The translations under genes were made by a program, and so were the position numbers. DNA of 19,899 bases from a virus (Duplodnaviria > Heunggongvirae > Uroviricota > Caudoviricetes), in the IMG/VR virus record IMGVR_UViG_3300011727_000001, positions 1 through 19,899 of that record; one strand, written 5' to 3'. Positions 8,004 to 16,316 of the stretch are shown piece by piece. The first letter of the stretch is position 1; each line of letters begins with the position of its first letter. The notes below the pieces were generated by a model, which worked only from the letters and a program-made list of their open reading frames with translations, did no database searches and was not told the origin of the DNA.

Positions 8004-8781
8004 CAGCAGCCTCATGTCGAAGCCACATTTCCGCGTTACGACCCCACATACCAGCAGGCTCGCGGCGCGATGCGCGCATAGGCAGATGATGAACAATCAC
8101 ATCGTCGGTCACCAGCACGCCGCCGTGAATGACTTTCTCGGAGCGAATTTTCATCAAGAAAACATCGCCGACACGCGCTTCATGCTGAGGAATTACGCGG
8201 AAACCAGCTTGAGCAAATCCGTCCACATACAGATCTTTACCCTCTTCCCACCAAGCATCATTGCGCGGGAATTCAGGCAATGTAATCGGATCATACGGCC
8301 ACTCATCTGTTACGCCTTGCGCAGACAATCCCTCTTTACCCAAAGCGTAGATATCGCGAATGATGGCGTAACAATCGTGGATACCGTGAACAAACGTCCG
8401 GCCGATTAGCGGAGCTTTTTCAAGCATATCACCCCACATAATAGGGTCGCCAATCCGCATAACTTCGTCTTCGACAACGAGAGGAATAATTCCCCAAGGC
8501 ACGTTTGTTGAAATCTGCCCGATCATGTCGGCTTCTGTTGGAAACAACGGGCCGCCAGGGTGAGAATGAATAATCGCCTCAATAACGCCTCGCTTGGCGT
8601 AATTGGCATAAACCTTGGGTGAGATTTCAAAATCTACCGTCGGATCTCCCGCAATGTTCTGGCAGGGAATATACTCACCGTTGAAAACAATTCCGCAACT
8701 CTCGTTTGGATACTCTTTGCGAGCGTGTGCCTTAGCTGCCTCAATGGCATCATAACTAAGTGGTGACTTATTAATATTCAT
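7996..8781 (-). CDS. K: Tail assembly protein, lambda gpK-like (JAB/MPN + NlpC/P60 domains)
   Basis: Start corrected to ATG 8781 (ATGA overlap with the L stop). YPNESCG, JAMM-like HSHPGGPLFPTEAD, GRTFVHGIHDCYAIIRD, IHGGV...IVHHL. Confidence 0.9.
   Translation of the reverse strand: MNINKSPLSYDAIEAAKAHARKEYPNESCGIVFNGEYIPCQNIAGDPTVDFEISPKVYANYAKRGVIEAIIHSHPGGPLFPTEADMIGQISTNVPWGIIPLVVEDEVMRIGDPIMWGDMLEKAPLIGRTFVHGIHDCYAIIRDIYALGKEGLSAQGVTDEWPYDPITLPEFPRNDAWWEEGKDLYVDGFAQAGFRVIPQHEARVGDVFLMKIRSEKVIHGGVLVTDDVIVHHLPMRASRREPAGMWGRNAEMWLRHEAADA
8753..8770. promoter_or_regulatory. 18-bp operator-like motif, copy 3 (TAACTAA-gtgg-TGACTTA), inside the 5' end of K
   Basis: One mismatch to consensus; begins 8 nt after the K start codon (8779-8781). 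Confidence 0.45.
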
Positions 8782-9491
8782 GCGCGAACCCTCGCAACGC
8801 CTGGAAAACCGCCAAATGGCAATGGGTTTCCCTTGCCAAATCTCGCCTCGCAACAAGAGATGCGGCGGCTTGGAACGTCTTTAGCTGGATCAACAACAGG
8901 CTGATCGTTGATGTCGAAAAACTTATTGTCTGCAAATGGACATTGCGCTTTTGAATAATCGAACCGGCGAGTTTGCGGATTCCATGCTCGGTATCGCCAA
9001 AGACAGGTATCTCTGATTACGGAGCGCCCCGGCAGCATTTTACCTTCTTGGTCAATCGAAGTGGAAAGCTCCCATTCGATAAACACCGGGTTTTCATTCA
9101 CCTTACGTTCGACGCGGAATGTATCTGGCCCATAGAAAGCCGTGCCGTCAGGTTCGGAACCATTATCAAGGAAACGAGCGAAAGTGCGAATGCGATAGAT
9201 TGGACAACCGAGAACATCACCCCATGTGTTGAGGACCGACTGAATAACGCCATCGTGGTTCGCAAGACGGATTGTAGGCGTTGGCAATGCACCTACGCCT
9301 GAAATCTCCATGCCTGTGAATTCAATATCTACTGCTTCGTATTGAGTGCCGTTGAAGGCTACTTTACCGTTAGCGTCACGTCCCTGAACGAAATGAATAA
9401 GCGGCCCGCCAATAGACGTCGTATCAAGCGTGAATAAACTCACGATTGGGTCTGGCGATAGGCTTTGCGCTTGTTGATAAATCGTAACCAT
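8778..9491 (-). CDS. L: Minor tail protein, lambda gpL-like (Cys-rich C-terminus)
   Basis: LFTLDTTSIGG, PTPTIRLAN, RIRTFARFLD, FRVERKVNEN, WELST, CLWRYR...CPF...CC...FGGFPG; AAGGAG SD. Confidence 0.92.
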   Translation of the reverse strand: MVTIYQQAQSLSPDPIVSLFTLDTTSIGGPLIHFVQGRDANGKVAFNGTQYEAVDIEFTGMEISGVGALPTPTIRLANHDGVIQSVLNTWGDVLGCPIYRIRTFARFLDNGSEPDGTAFYGPDTFRVERKVNENPVFIEWELSTSIDQEGKMLPGRSVIRDTCLWRYRAWNPQTRRFDYSKAQCPFADNKFFDINDQPVVDPAKDVPSRRISCCEARFGKGNPLPFGGFPGVARVRA

Positions 9492-9512
9492 CAGGGCTCC
9501 TTACAGCCCTGA
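9491..9512 (-). promoter_or_regulatory. Hairpin occluding the SD and start codon of L
   Basis: Minus strand TCAGGGCT-GTAAGG-AGCCCTGA-TG: an 8-bp perfect stem in which the SD spans the loop and 3' arm and the A of ATG is the last stem base. Confidence 0.55.
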
Positions 9513-9540
9513 TAATAAGTCAGTAATTACTTATTTGCAA
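9512..9540 (-). promoter_or_regulatory. Sigma70-like promoter TTGCAA-17-TATTAT with motif copy 4 (9516-9533) in the spacer; upstream of L-K-I-J
   Basis: Minus strand reads TTGCAA ataagtaattactgact TATTAT. The motif TAAGTCA-gtaa-TTACTTA is an exact match. Confidence 0.65.
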
Positions 9541-9543
9541 CCG

Positions 9544-9897
9544 TTAGCTTAGGCTTGTGAAGCTCTGAACCAGGTTTGCGGTCATTTTCCAAACACCATC
9601 TGAAAGGCTACGAGACCACTCCTTACAAGTCCAAATTAGTGGTTTGCGATAACCTGCCGGTTTATACAAAAACGGCTTCGTCCCCTTACATTCAGTGAAA
9701 AAGTCATTGATCGAGTGCATCTCGCACTCTGACAAACCGTCCCACTTTAATTCGACCTTCTCACGAACATTGTTGATACCGTCCGGGGTCGGCTGTGAGT
9801 ATCCATCACCAAATTCTGCCTCAAGCACTTTAACTTGAGGCGCGAATTTAGTTCCTGGGGATGGCCCAACTGGAGGGCGAAACGTAAGTAGCGACAT
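9544..9897 (-). CDS. M: Minor tail protein, lambda gpM-like (distal tail protein)
   Basis: VKVLEAEFGDGYSQPTPDGINN, INDFFTECKGTKPFLYKP, WTCKEWS; directly follows the tape measure gene. Confidence 0.9.
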   Translation of the reverse strand: MSLLTFRPPVGPSPGTKFAPQVKVLEAEFGDGYSQPTPDGINNVREKVELKWDGLSECEMHSINDFFTECKGTKPFLYKPAGYRKPLIWTCKEWSRSLSDGVWKMTANLVQSFTSLS

Positions 9898-12800
9898 TAC
9901 CTACTCCTTGAATTTCCAAAGTTACCCGGTCGTGTTTGCTTTTTCAGCTCATCCGCAACCACACCCCGCATAGTGTCTTCCATTTGTTTCGCCATACGGG
10001 TGGCTAAATCCTGATTTTGCTCCGGCGTTCCGGAACTTCCCTGAATGCTGATCGGGGCGCTAATCTGAAATGTGGTTTGATTGAAGCCGCCAAGCGCACT
10101 CATCTGCTCCGGCGTAAATACACCCTCACCTTCCTGCGCAATAATTGGAACCTCTCCGCGAGACAATTTCGGGCCGGGATTACCAATAATGCCGCCAGTG
10201 TGATATTTTTTCGCTCCGCTGAAGATGCCGGGATTCACCGCACGATGAACAGACGCCGCGCCAACAATACCGCCCGTGTGCATGACACCGGCTTTGCCCT
10301 TGCCGGCCATCATCATCTTACCTTTACCGCCCTGCCCCTTCTGTCCCATATTCGGGGTTCCAGCTTTGTTGCCCATTCCTGACCAAAGCTGAGACATCAT
10401 CCATTTGACGCCCATATTGACGATATCTTTAAGGATACCCTGAATAACCCCACGAAGGTCACCCGTTCCCATAACGAGATTGGTCACACCGTCGGCAAGA
10501 GAGTTCATCCAGTTCTGGGTTGCATTCGCAAGGTTGGTCTGTGTATCAGCCCACTGTTGCAACATACCGGTAACTGGTGATCCAGCCGCCGCAGCCTGCT
10601 GACGAAGGGCTGCCTTCCGCGCTTCCGCGGCAGCAACGATACGAACCTTTTCTTCCTCGCTACCCTGAAACGCAGCAACCTCGGCATCGATGCGAGCGAT
10701 TTCATCTTGCAGAGCCAACTGGCGCTGCTGAGTAGCAGACATCAGGCTTCGGCGTGTGTCGAGTGTTTCCTTAGACCACTTTGCTGCATTCTCGGACACT
10801 TCCATGTTCCGGTGCTGCTTCAGCAGACTGTCTTTCATGGCCACAGCTTCGCGATACGCTTGCGTATCTCGACCATATCCGCGCTCTACGTCAGCAATAT
10901 ACTGGTCAAGATCCTGGCGAAGAGAGCGGTAGGCTGAAGTGGACTTCTTCTCCAACGGATCAAAAATACGAGCATTGGCCTCCTCAACACGGCGTGCCAT
11001 TTCAATCTGACGACGGTTCAGATCTTCAGTGCTGGTATCGGCCTTGCTCATAGCCGCTTTACGCTTTGAGCGATCCTGCTCGACACGATCCAGCTCTTTT
11101 ACAGCCTCGATCATATCTTTATATTCAGGAGCGTTCAGGTCTTTGGAGCCAAGTTTGCCCGATCGGATCAGATCCTGAAGCTGTTTCAGGTTCTTACCCG
11201 TTCCTTCAATTCCCTTTTTGGCCTCTTCAGTCTTGCTGATAATATCGCTGAGGTAGTCCTTACGCGCCTGACTTTGCTCTTTAGTCAGGAGATCTTTTTC
11301 TCGATTAGACAGTTCGCGCGCCGTAACCAGTGCTTTTTCAGTGGCGGCGATCTGTTCACGCATCGCATTTTCGCGATCCGGGTTGTAGGAGAAGCTTGCT
11401 TGTTCAGATTGTGTTGTAGGCGCGCCACCCTGCATAGAATAGGCATTGCGTGCATACTGCGCACGCTTTGGGCCGGATTCCCGAATAGCCCAAGCCGCAG
11501 GACGCTCGAAGCGTCGCATGAAAATATCGGATGCGGCCTCTGGCGAAGATGCCATTTGAAGCGCGCTTCCGCCGTAGTTCGCGTTATTTTTCAACTCCCA
11601 ATCGATAAACTCGATCTGAGTGCGGAAGTCATTCCATTGCGTGCCGCGCTGACGAGCGAATTGCTGAAGTGCGCGTGCGCGACCGGAGTTCCACTGCGCA
11701 ACGCCGATACTATCCGAACCATCTCTACCGTCGCCCTTATTGCGCGCGTTCGGATTAAGAGAGCTTTCGCCGGAGAGGTTGCCTACGATGCCAGAGGCGG
11801 CCGTTTTTGACCAACCCTTTGCAATAAGGATCTCCATAGCTTCTTTCATACGACCAGCAAGCTCAGTCGGCACGCTCGTAGGCAAGCGAGGCGTAATTCC
11901 GGACATACCGGCGAAACCGCCAGCCATATCAAAACTGCCGAAATTTATACCGTTCAGGTTCTGGCCGATGCCATCGAGGATCAGAGCCGTTTCCCGAAGC
12001 TTGTCATTCACGCCCTGGATTTTGTTTTGCGTCTGATCACCAAAGGTATTTTGACGAAGAGCATCGCCAAGCTGGTTCGATTTTGAACCAGCAATATCCA
12101 GGCGACCATGAACACCTTCGAGAGCCTTTGCGATCTGAGAAGCAGGGCCAAGTCCCTTATACGCTCCATTCTGCATACGCAGCACAAAGCGCTCACCTTC
12201 GGTGATCGTGCGCCCCTGCTGTCGTTCAAGCAATTCCATTTCGCGCTCGAAAAGACGCTTTTCAATATTCTCCAGATCGCGCTCGGCGTCCTTCTGCCCT
12301 TTGCGAATTTCCTCAAGAGCCGCCAACTCCGCAGTGGCGCCTCGAATAGATTTCGCGAGGGCTTCAACCTCTTCGCGCCCCATATCGCCAAACTTTTTAT
12401 TGTTTAGCATCTCTTGGAGTTTGGCGAGTTCCGGGGATGTGCCGGCAATTTCCGCACGCACACCGCTAAGCTTTTCCTGCAAACTTTGCAGGAGCTTCTC
12501 GCCTTTTTCGTAACTTTTATTTGGATCATCTGGTGTTGCGATCAACTCCACCGAGCGGCGGCGGAAATTACGCATCATCTCCAGTTCTTGGCGCAAGCGT
12601 GCATTAAGCGAGTCAAGTCGCACCTGTGCCTGACGGTTTTTATCCCCGTCGGAGTAACGCAGAACCGACTCTTCCCATGCAATAAACTGCTGGAGCTGGG
12701 CAATGTTATCTTCGTGATACTTTTTCTGACCGGCGGCCAGATCAGCACTAAGCTTTTCTTCCAGATCCTGAACACTCTCGCCGTGTTCCTGAGCCTTTTT

Positions 12801-14501
12801 GAGACGTTCGGTGTGCTTTTCGTTGAGTGCGATCTGTTCGCGATCATACTTTCCCTTGATGAGATTAAGCTCACGCTCAATTCTCAAATTGTAACGGGTA
12901 AGCATCTGAGCGTCCTCACGCTCACCGCTCTGCTCAACCAAGCTTTCGCGACGCGCCAGCGCAGCGGCCAGCTCTTTCTCAAGATTGGCCAACTCGTCTT
13001 TCCAACCTTGTGAAGGTGAAAACGGATTGATGGCTTTTATAGCACCGATACGATCTTGCAGGTTTTTGATATGAGCACCGGAAATGTCCTCAGCCTGCTT
13101 ACGAGTTTCAGCTCCGAATTTTTCCAGATCTCGATAAGCATCGCCAACTTTATCGCCAAACCAACCGAAATATTGACCGGCGGCGTAAACTGCTAACCCA
13201 AGGCCGGTGATCCACGGCAGGAAGGCGGCGCCAACGGTAATCAGAGCCGACATGCCAGAGCGCAGCGTCGCCAAAGCATTGCCATAGCGAATAGTTGCCG
13301 GCGCGCCAGAATTAGCAGCAATTGTCCAGAGATTAGCCTGGACACTGGCTTGCGCGAATTGCATACCGGCGATCTTCAATTCCGAACGAAGAGTGCCGAG
13401 CGCCCCGGTGAAGGCGCTGAAGCCCTTTACGAGGAGATGACCACCAAAAATGTAAGCAGCGGCAGTTGCAACATTACCAATTTCATTACGGAACTCGATA
13501 AGGGTATCAATACCACGACGAACCCATTGCACAGCTTTGGCCATAGCATCGCCAAGCTGGTTGGCGTATGCTTGCGCACGCGGTGATGTCAGAAATTCAT
13601 TAAGATCGCGGAGCTGATCTTTTAGCGCGCCATCAAAGAATTTGAGGCGAATGGTGTCTGAGGTCGCCAAAAGCTCAAGCTGTGTTTTGGTGCGCTGCAG
13701 CTGTCCATTGAAGGTATCCATCATTTGCGCGGCGCGACCGCCAAATGTGCGATTTAGTTCAGCAAAGAAAGCTTCAAGTGCGGATTTGGATTCTACACGA
13801 CCGGTGCCGATATCCTTGATCAACTGCGCCATAGAAACGCCCATTGATCGCGCCATGAGCTCCATAGCACGCGGCATATGCTCGGCGATCTGCTGACGCA
13901 TTTCTTCCATCTGCACAACGCCTTTACCGGACATCTGCGAGATACCGATGAGCATACGCTTCATCTGTTCTTCACCGCCACCAAAGGCGGTCAGACCGTC
14001 GGCGAGAGCATCAAGCGCGCCCTTTGTCGGATCAATACCGGTGGCGTTCAGGCGCACAAAGCCGTTAGTGATGGATTCCAGCGAGAAAGGCATTTCCATC
14101 GCCTTCTCGCGAAGCCATGCCACATTCTGACCCGCCTCTTTAATCGGATCAGCAGAGCGAGCCATACCTCGCATCTGAAAATTAAGCTTTTCAAACTCGG
14201 CGTTGATCTTAACGATAGAGCCGATCCATGAGCTTTGAAGGTTCATCACCTTCGAAATACCCAAGGATAACATTCCGGTGACAATCGACACGTCACGAAG
14301 GGTGGCCAAGAAACCTTTGCTGGCCTGATCCGCGCGGTTAATCGAGGAGATTACATTGATGCCGGCATTATGCAGATCCTGAAGCGATTTCGATCCGCGT
14401 GCTACGTTTTGCTTAAAACGATCAACACTCTCGCCTGCATGAAGCATACGAGAGACAAACTGACCATCTGCAAGTTCAAGTTCGACGCGGATCGCTGTCA
14501 T
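9897..14501 (-). CDS. Tape measure protein with N-terminal tape-measure domain and internal phage-tail-lysozyme domain
   Basis: 1534 aa, helical and Ala/Glu/Gln-rich. N-terminal PFSLESITNGFVRL...QMSGKGVVQMEEMRQQIAEHMP; lysozyme-like KGWSKTAASGIVGNLSGESSLNP...SIGVAQWNSGR...QIEFIDWEL...FERP; C-terminal HTGGIVG/HTGGIIG; located between the chaperones and M. Confidence 0.95.
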   Translation of the reverse strand: MTAIRVELELADGQFVSRMLHAGESVDRFKQNVARGSKSLQDLHNAGINVISSINRADQASKGFLATLRDVSIVTGMLSLGISKVMNLQSSWIGSIVKINAEFEKLNFQMRGMARSADPIKEAGQNVAWLREKAMEMPFSLESITNGFVRLNATGIDPTKGALDALADGLTAFGGGEEQMKRMLIGISQMSGKGVVQMEEMRQQIAEHMPRAMELMARSMGVSMAQLIKDIGTGRVESKSALEAFFAELNRTFGGRAAQMMDTFNGQLQRTKTQLELLATSDTIRLKFFDGALKDQLRDLNEFLTSPRAQAYANQLGDAMAKAVQWVRRGIDTLIEFRNEIGNVATAAAYIFGGHLLVKGFSAFTGALGTLRSELKIAGMQFAQASVQANLWTIAANSGAPATIRYGNALATLRSGMSALITVGAAFLPWITGLGLAVYAAGQYFGWFGDKVGDAYRDLEKFGAETRKQAEDISGAHIKNLQDRIGAIKAINPFSPSQGWKDELANLEKELAAALARRESLVEQSGEREDAQMLTRYNLRIERELNLIKGKYDREQIALNEKHTERLKKAQEHGESVQDLEEKLSADLAAGQKKYHEDNIAQLQQFIAWEESVLRYSDGDKNRQAQVRLDSLNARLRQELEMMRNFRRRSVELIATPDDPNKSYEKGEKLLQSLQEKLSGVRAEIAGTSPELAKLQEMLNNKKFGDMGREEVEALAKSIRGATAELAALEEIRKGQKDAERDLENIEKRLFEREMELLERQQGRTITEGERFVLRMQNGAYKGLGPASQIAKALEGVHGRLDIAGSKSNQLGDALRQNTFGDQTQNKIQGVNDKLRETALILDGIGQNLNGINFGSFDMAGGFAGMSGITPRLPTSVPTELAGRMKEAMEILIAKGWSKTAASGIVGNLSGESSLNPNARNKGDGRDGSDSIGVAQWNSGRARALQQFARQRGTQWNDFRTQIEFIDWELKNNANYGGSALQMASSPEAASDIFMRRFERPAAWAIRESGPKRAQYARNAYSMQGGAPTTQSEQASFSYNPDRENAMREQIAATEKALVTARELSNREKDLLTKEQSQARKDYLSDIISKTEEAKKGIEGTGKNLKQLQDLIRSGKLGSKDLNAPEYKDMIEAVKELDRVEQDRSKRKAAMSKADTSTEDLNRRQIEMARRVEEANARIFDPLEKKSTSAYRSLRQDLDQYIADVERGYGRDTQAYREAVAMKDSLLKQHRNMEVSENAAKWSKETLDTRRSLMSATQQRQLALQDEIARIDAEVAAFQGSEEEKVRIVAAAEARKAALRQQAAAAGSPVTGMLQQWADTQTNLANATQNWMNSLADGVTNLVMGTGDLRGVIQGILKDIVNMGVKWMMSQLWSGMGNKAGTPNMGQKGQGGKGKMMMAGKGKAGVMHTGGIVGAASVHRAVNPGIFSGAKKYHTGGIIGNPGPKLSRGEVPIIAQEGEGVFTPEQMSALGGFNQTTFQISAPISIQGSSGTPEQNQDLATRMAKQMEDTMRGVVADELKKQTRPGNFGNSRSR

Positions 14502-14510
14502 ATCTACCCT

Positions 14511-14528
14511 TTAGTAATTGCTTACTTA
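14511..14528. promoter_or_regulatory. 18-bp operator-like motif, copy 5 (TTAGTAA-ttgc-TTACTTA), upstream of the tape measure start
   Basis: One mismatch to consensus; overlaps the T stop codon and ends 9 nt before the TMP ATG. Confidence 0.55.
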
Positions 14529-14887
14529 TTATCTTGCGGAGGGCGTCTTCCCATAAGTGCGTGAAGCCCTTCGCGATCAAATTCCGGATCGAGAGAGTTA
14601 TCGTCCATATTCAGAACGGTGATGGTTTGTTCGTAGACAGCTACGTTACCCATCTGGCGCTGTAATCGCTCAGTCAGCGCCGTGTATCCTTCTTGGGAGC
14701 CAGCAGCGCTGAAGAGTTGGACGAGCCGGAGATCTTCTTCAGCCTGTAATCGATCGATCTGCTTGTTTAAAAAGAGAAATCTTTTCCATTTGTATGAAAG
14801 CAGATGGTCGTAATCGAGCTGATAGAATTTCAGAACACGGGCAAACAAAAATCCAAAATCAATGGACTTTAGTTTGCCTCCTGCTCC
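14522..14887 (-). CDS. Tail assembly chaperone T segment (C-terminal part of a G-T frameshift fusion)
   Basis: The track ORF 14522..14848 has only a TTG start, but the frame stays open upstream through the GGGAAAG site (GKGAGGKLKSIDFGFLFARVLKFY...). It lies between G and the TMP. Confidence 0.75.
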   Translation of the reverse strand, partial: GAGGKLKSIDFGFLFARVLKFYQLDYDHLLSYKWKRFLFLNKQIDRLQAEEDLRLVQLFSAAGSQEGYTALTERLQRQMGNVAVYEQTITVLNMDDNSLDPEFDREGLHALMGRRPPQDNK

Positions 14888-15204
14888 TTTCCCTCTGCGC
14901 CTTCTTCGATCTTCTCAACCTTTTCGCCGTTAGCCTGCATAGCGTAATCAGCAATTGCTTTAACCTGAAGAACGGTCAGGTTATTCAGATCTTCGTCAGG
15001 AATGGTCGGGAATGCGCGTTTAACAATCGCAAGAGCAACCTTCAGTTCTTCCGCCGCATTGGCGTTAATCGACAGGCTTTCGAGATCCTGCATATTCTGA
15101 ATAAAGGTTTCGACTGTAGCGACCTTCAGAGCGTGCTTTTTACCATTCAGTTTAAGGGTAAATTCAGCTTCTGGGGCAACGGCATCAAGATCGAGATAGT
15201 TCAT
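14869..15204 (-). CDS. Tail assembly chaperone (gpG-equivalent)
   Basis: 111 aa, acidic; GGAG SD; located between the tail tube and T/TMP; carries the slippery site near its 3' end. Confidence 0.8.
   Translation of the reverse strand: MNYLDLDAVAPEAEFTLKLNGKKHALKVATVETFIQNMQDLESLSINANAAEELKVALAIVKRAFPTIPDEDLNNLTVLQVKAIADYAMQANGEKVEKIEEGAEGKEQEAN
14887..14893 (-). other. Programmed -1 ribosomal frameshift site G GGA AAG
   Basis: In-frame X XXY YYZ heptamer six codons before the G stop, identical to the lambda G-T slippery sequence; a -1 shift enters the T frame. Confidence 0.8.
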
Positions 15205-15227
15205 GGAAAAGCTCCGGGAGTTAATGG

Positions 15228-15256
15228 AAAGGCCGACGCTCAGAAGAACGTCGGCC
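15228..15256 (-). terminator. Probable intrinsic terminator/attenuator after the tail tube gene
   Basis: GGCCGACGTTC-TTCT-GAGCGTCGGCC (11-bp stem including one G-U pair) followed by TTTCCATT. Confidence 0.55.
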
Positions 15257-15272
15257 GTGATTACTATGCGGT

Positions 15273-15290
15273 TAAGTAAGTGATGACTTA
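15273..15290. promoter_or_regulatory. 18-bp operator-like motif, copy 6 (TAAGTAA-gtga-TGACTTA)
   Basis: Exact consensus; its reverse complement differs by 1 nt from copy 2; lies 4 nt after the tail tube stop. Confidence 0.65.
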
Positions 15291-15294
15291 CTGA

Positions 15295-15810
15295 TTACGC
15301 CGCAGCAGTGTCATCGCCGACGGAGAAGAGCGAGCCGTCATTTGCGGCGTAGCCCTTGAAGTTGGCCACGAATACACGCTCGTCATCCAGTTTATAGGCA
15401 AAGTTCAGAGCACCAGGGCAGTTTGCCTTAAAGACTGTAAAGTCGTCGGCGCCAGTAGTGCCTTTTGGTCGGAGCGTGAGCGTTTTGGCGGTCGCCAGCA
15501 ACGAGGTTGAAACGCCGGTGGATACAACGACTTTCTTTTTCAGAGGATCGGTTCCATCGGTAACAAGAGTTGCACCCGGCATAATCTTAACCAGATTATC
15601 CAGAGTGGTTTCAGCAAGCGGGACTTTAACTACTACCGTGCGGCCGGTGATCAGTTCGTTGATTGGAGTTTCACCCATCTGGTCAACTTTGACCTCATGG
15701 GTCGAGGTCTGCACTTCCACTTCAACGCCGCCCTTGGTGAAGCCGAGGTCAATGTCGTCGAAAAGAACAGTGCAAACGCCGAGTTTCACATTTTCAGTGG
15801 ACGAAGCCAT
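15295..15810 (-). CDS. Major tail tube protein
   Basis: 171 aa; VKLGVCTVLFDDIDLGFTKGGVEVEV...VDQMGETPI...VKVPLAET...F...DERV is a siphophage tube pattern; GAGG SD; precedes the chaperones. Confidence 0.85.
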   Translation of the reverse strand: MASSTENVKLGVCTVLFDDIDLGFTKGGVEVEVQTSTHEVKVDQMGETPINELITGRTVVVKVPLAETTLDNLVKIMPGATLVTDGTDPLKKKVVVSTGVSTSLLATAKTLTLRPKGTTGADDFTVFKANCPGALNFAYKLDDERVFVANFKGYAANDGSLFSVGDDTAAA

Positions 15811-15833
15811 GGCGCAAAAATTCCTCTATTGGT

Positions 15834-15853
15834 AACTAAGTAATTACTTAGTT
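15834..15853. repeat. Perfect 20-bp palindrome AACTAAGTAATTACTTAGTT containing motif copy 7 (15833-15850)
   Basis: Checked base by base; TAACTAA-gtaa-TTACTTA has one mismatch to consensus. Confidence 0.85.
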
Positions 15854-15876
15854 TACCTGTAAAGGCAGAGCTGGGC

Positions 15877-15902
15877 AATAGCGTTTTAGCTAAAACGCTA
15901 TT
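15877..15902. repeat. Perfect 26-bp palindrome AATAGCGTTTTAGCTAAAACGCTATT
   Basis: Checked base by base (centre 15889/15890); overlaps the TAG stop of the tail terminator gene. Confidence 0.9.
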
Positions 15903-16314
15903 TGCGCTGAATGGCGAATGCCGTAGTAAAATTAAGCGACCATTCAAATCCATTACCAGTAAGACGTGGAAACTGGATTGGTAACGTATTCGGATAAAAC
16001 ACATGAATGCGCACGCGACCACGTTTTTGGGTTTCGGCGAAATCTTCTGGTTCATCCACCTGGAGCGCATCAATCACTTGTTGGGATAAAAGGTCACCCT
16101 CTTCCGGATCAACGTGCCGCACGATTGCTTGGAGCGAAGGCTTATGAAATCCCGGCAAGTATGGGTCAACGGGAATACCACTGAGAGGGTTTTTAAACAT
16201 AACCCCTTTTGTGGCATCCGCCGGCATCGTATGGCGAAAAAGAGTTTTACCGGGAACCGCCGGCACCAGCAGGTTCGCATTAATCAGCTTTTGTTCCAAA
16301 ATATCCCAAATCAT
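15898..16314 (-). CDS. Putative tail terminator (gpU-like / minor capsid 3-like)
   Basis: 138 aa immediately upstream of the tail tube; motifs KPSLQAIVRH, YPNTLPIQFPRLTGNGFEWSLNF. Confidence 0.65.
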   Translation of the reverse strand: MIWDILEQKLINANLLVPAVPGKTLFRHTMPADATKGVMFKNPLSGIPVDPYLPGFHKPSLQAIVRHVDPEEGDLLSQQVIDALQVDEPEDFAETQKRGRVRIHVFYPNTLPIQFPRLTGNGFEWSLNFTTAFAIQRK

Positions 16315-16316
16315 GA

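Noticed and set aside
9885-9903. Possible ninth motif copy TAAGTAG-cgaca-TTACCTA at the M start
   Set aside because: It needs a 5-nt spacer and two mismatches, so it cannot be distinguished from chance.
15205-15294. Sigma70 promoter around motif copy 6 (also tested for copies 1, 3, 5 and 7)
   Set aside because: No acceptable -35/-10 pair was found in the register seen at the three promoter-embedded copies.
15834-15902. Protelomerase (N15-like telRL) site
   Set aside because: These are two separate short palindromes rather than one long (about 56-bp) inverted repeat, located in the middle of the tail operon, with no protelomerase gene in view.
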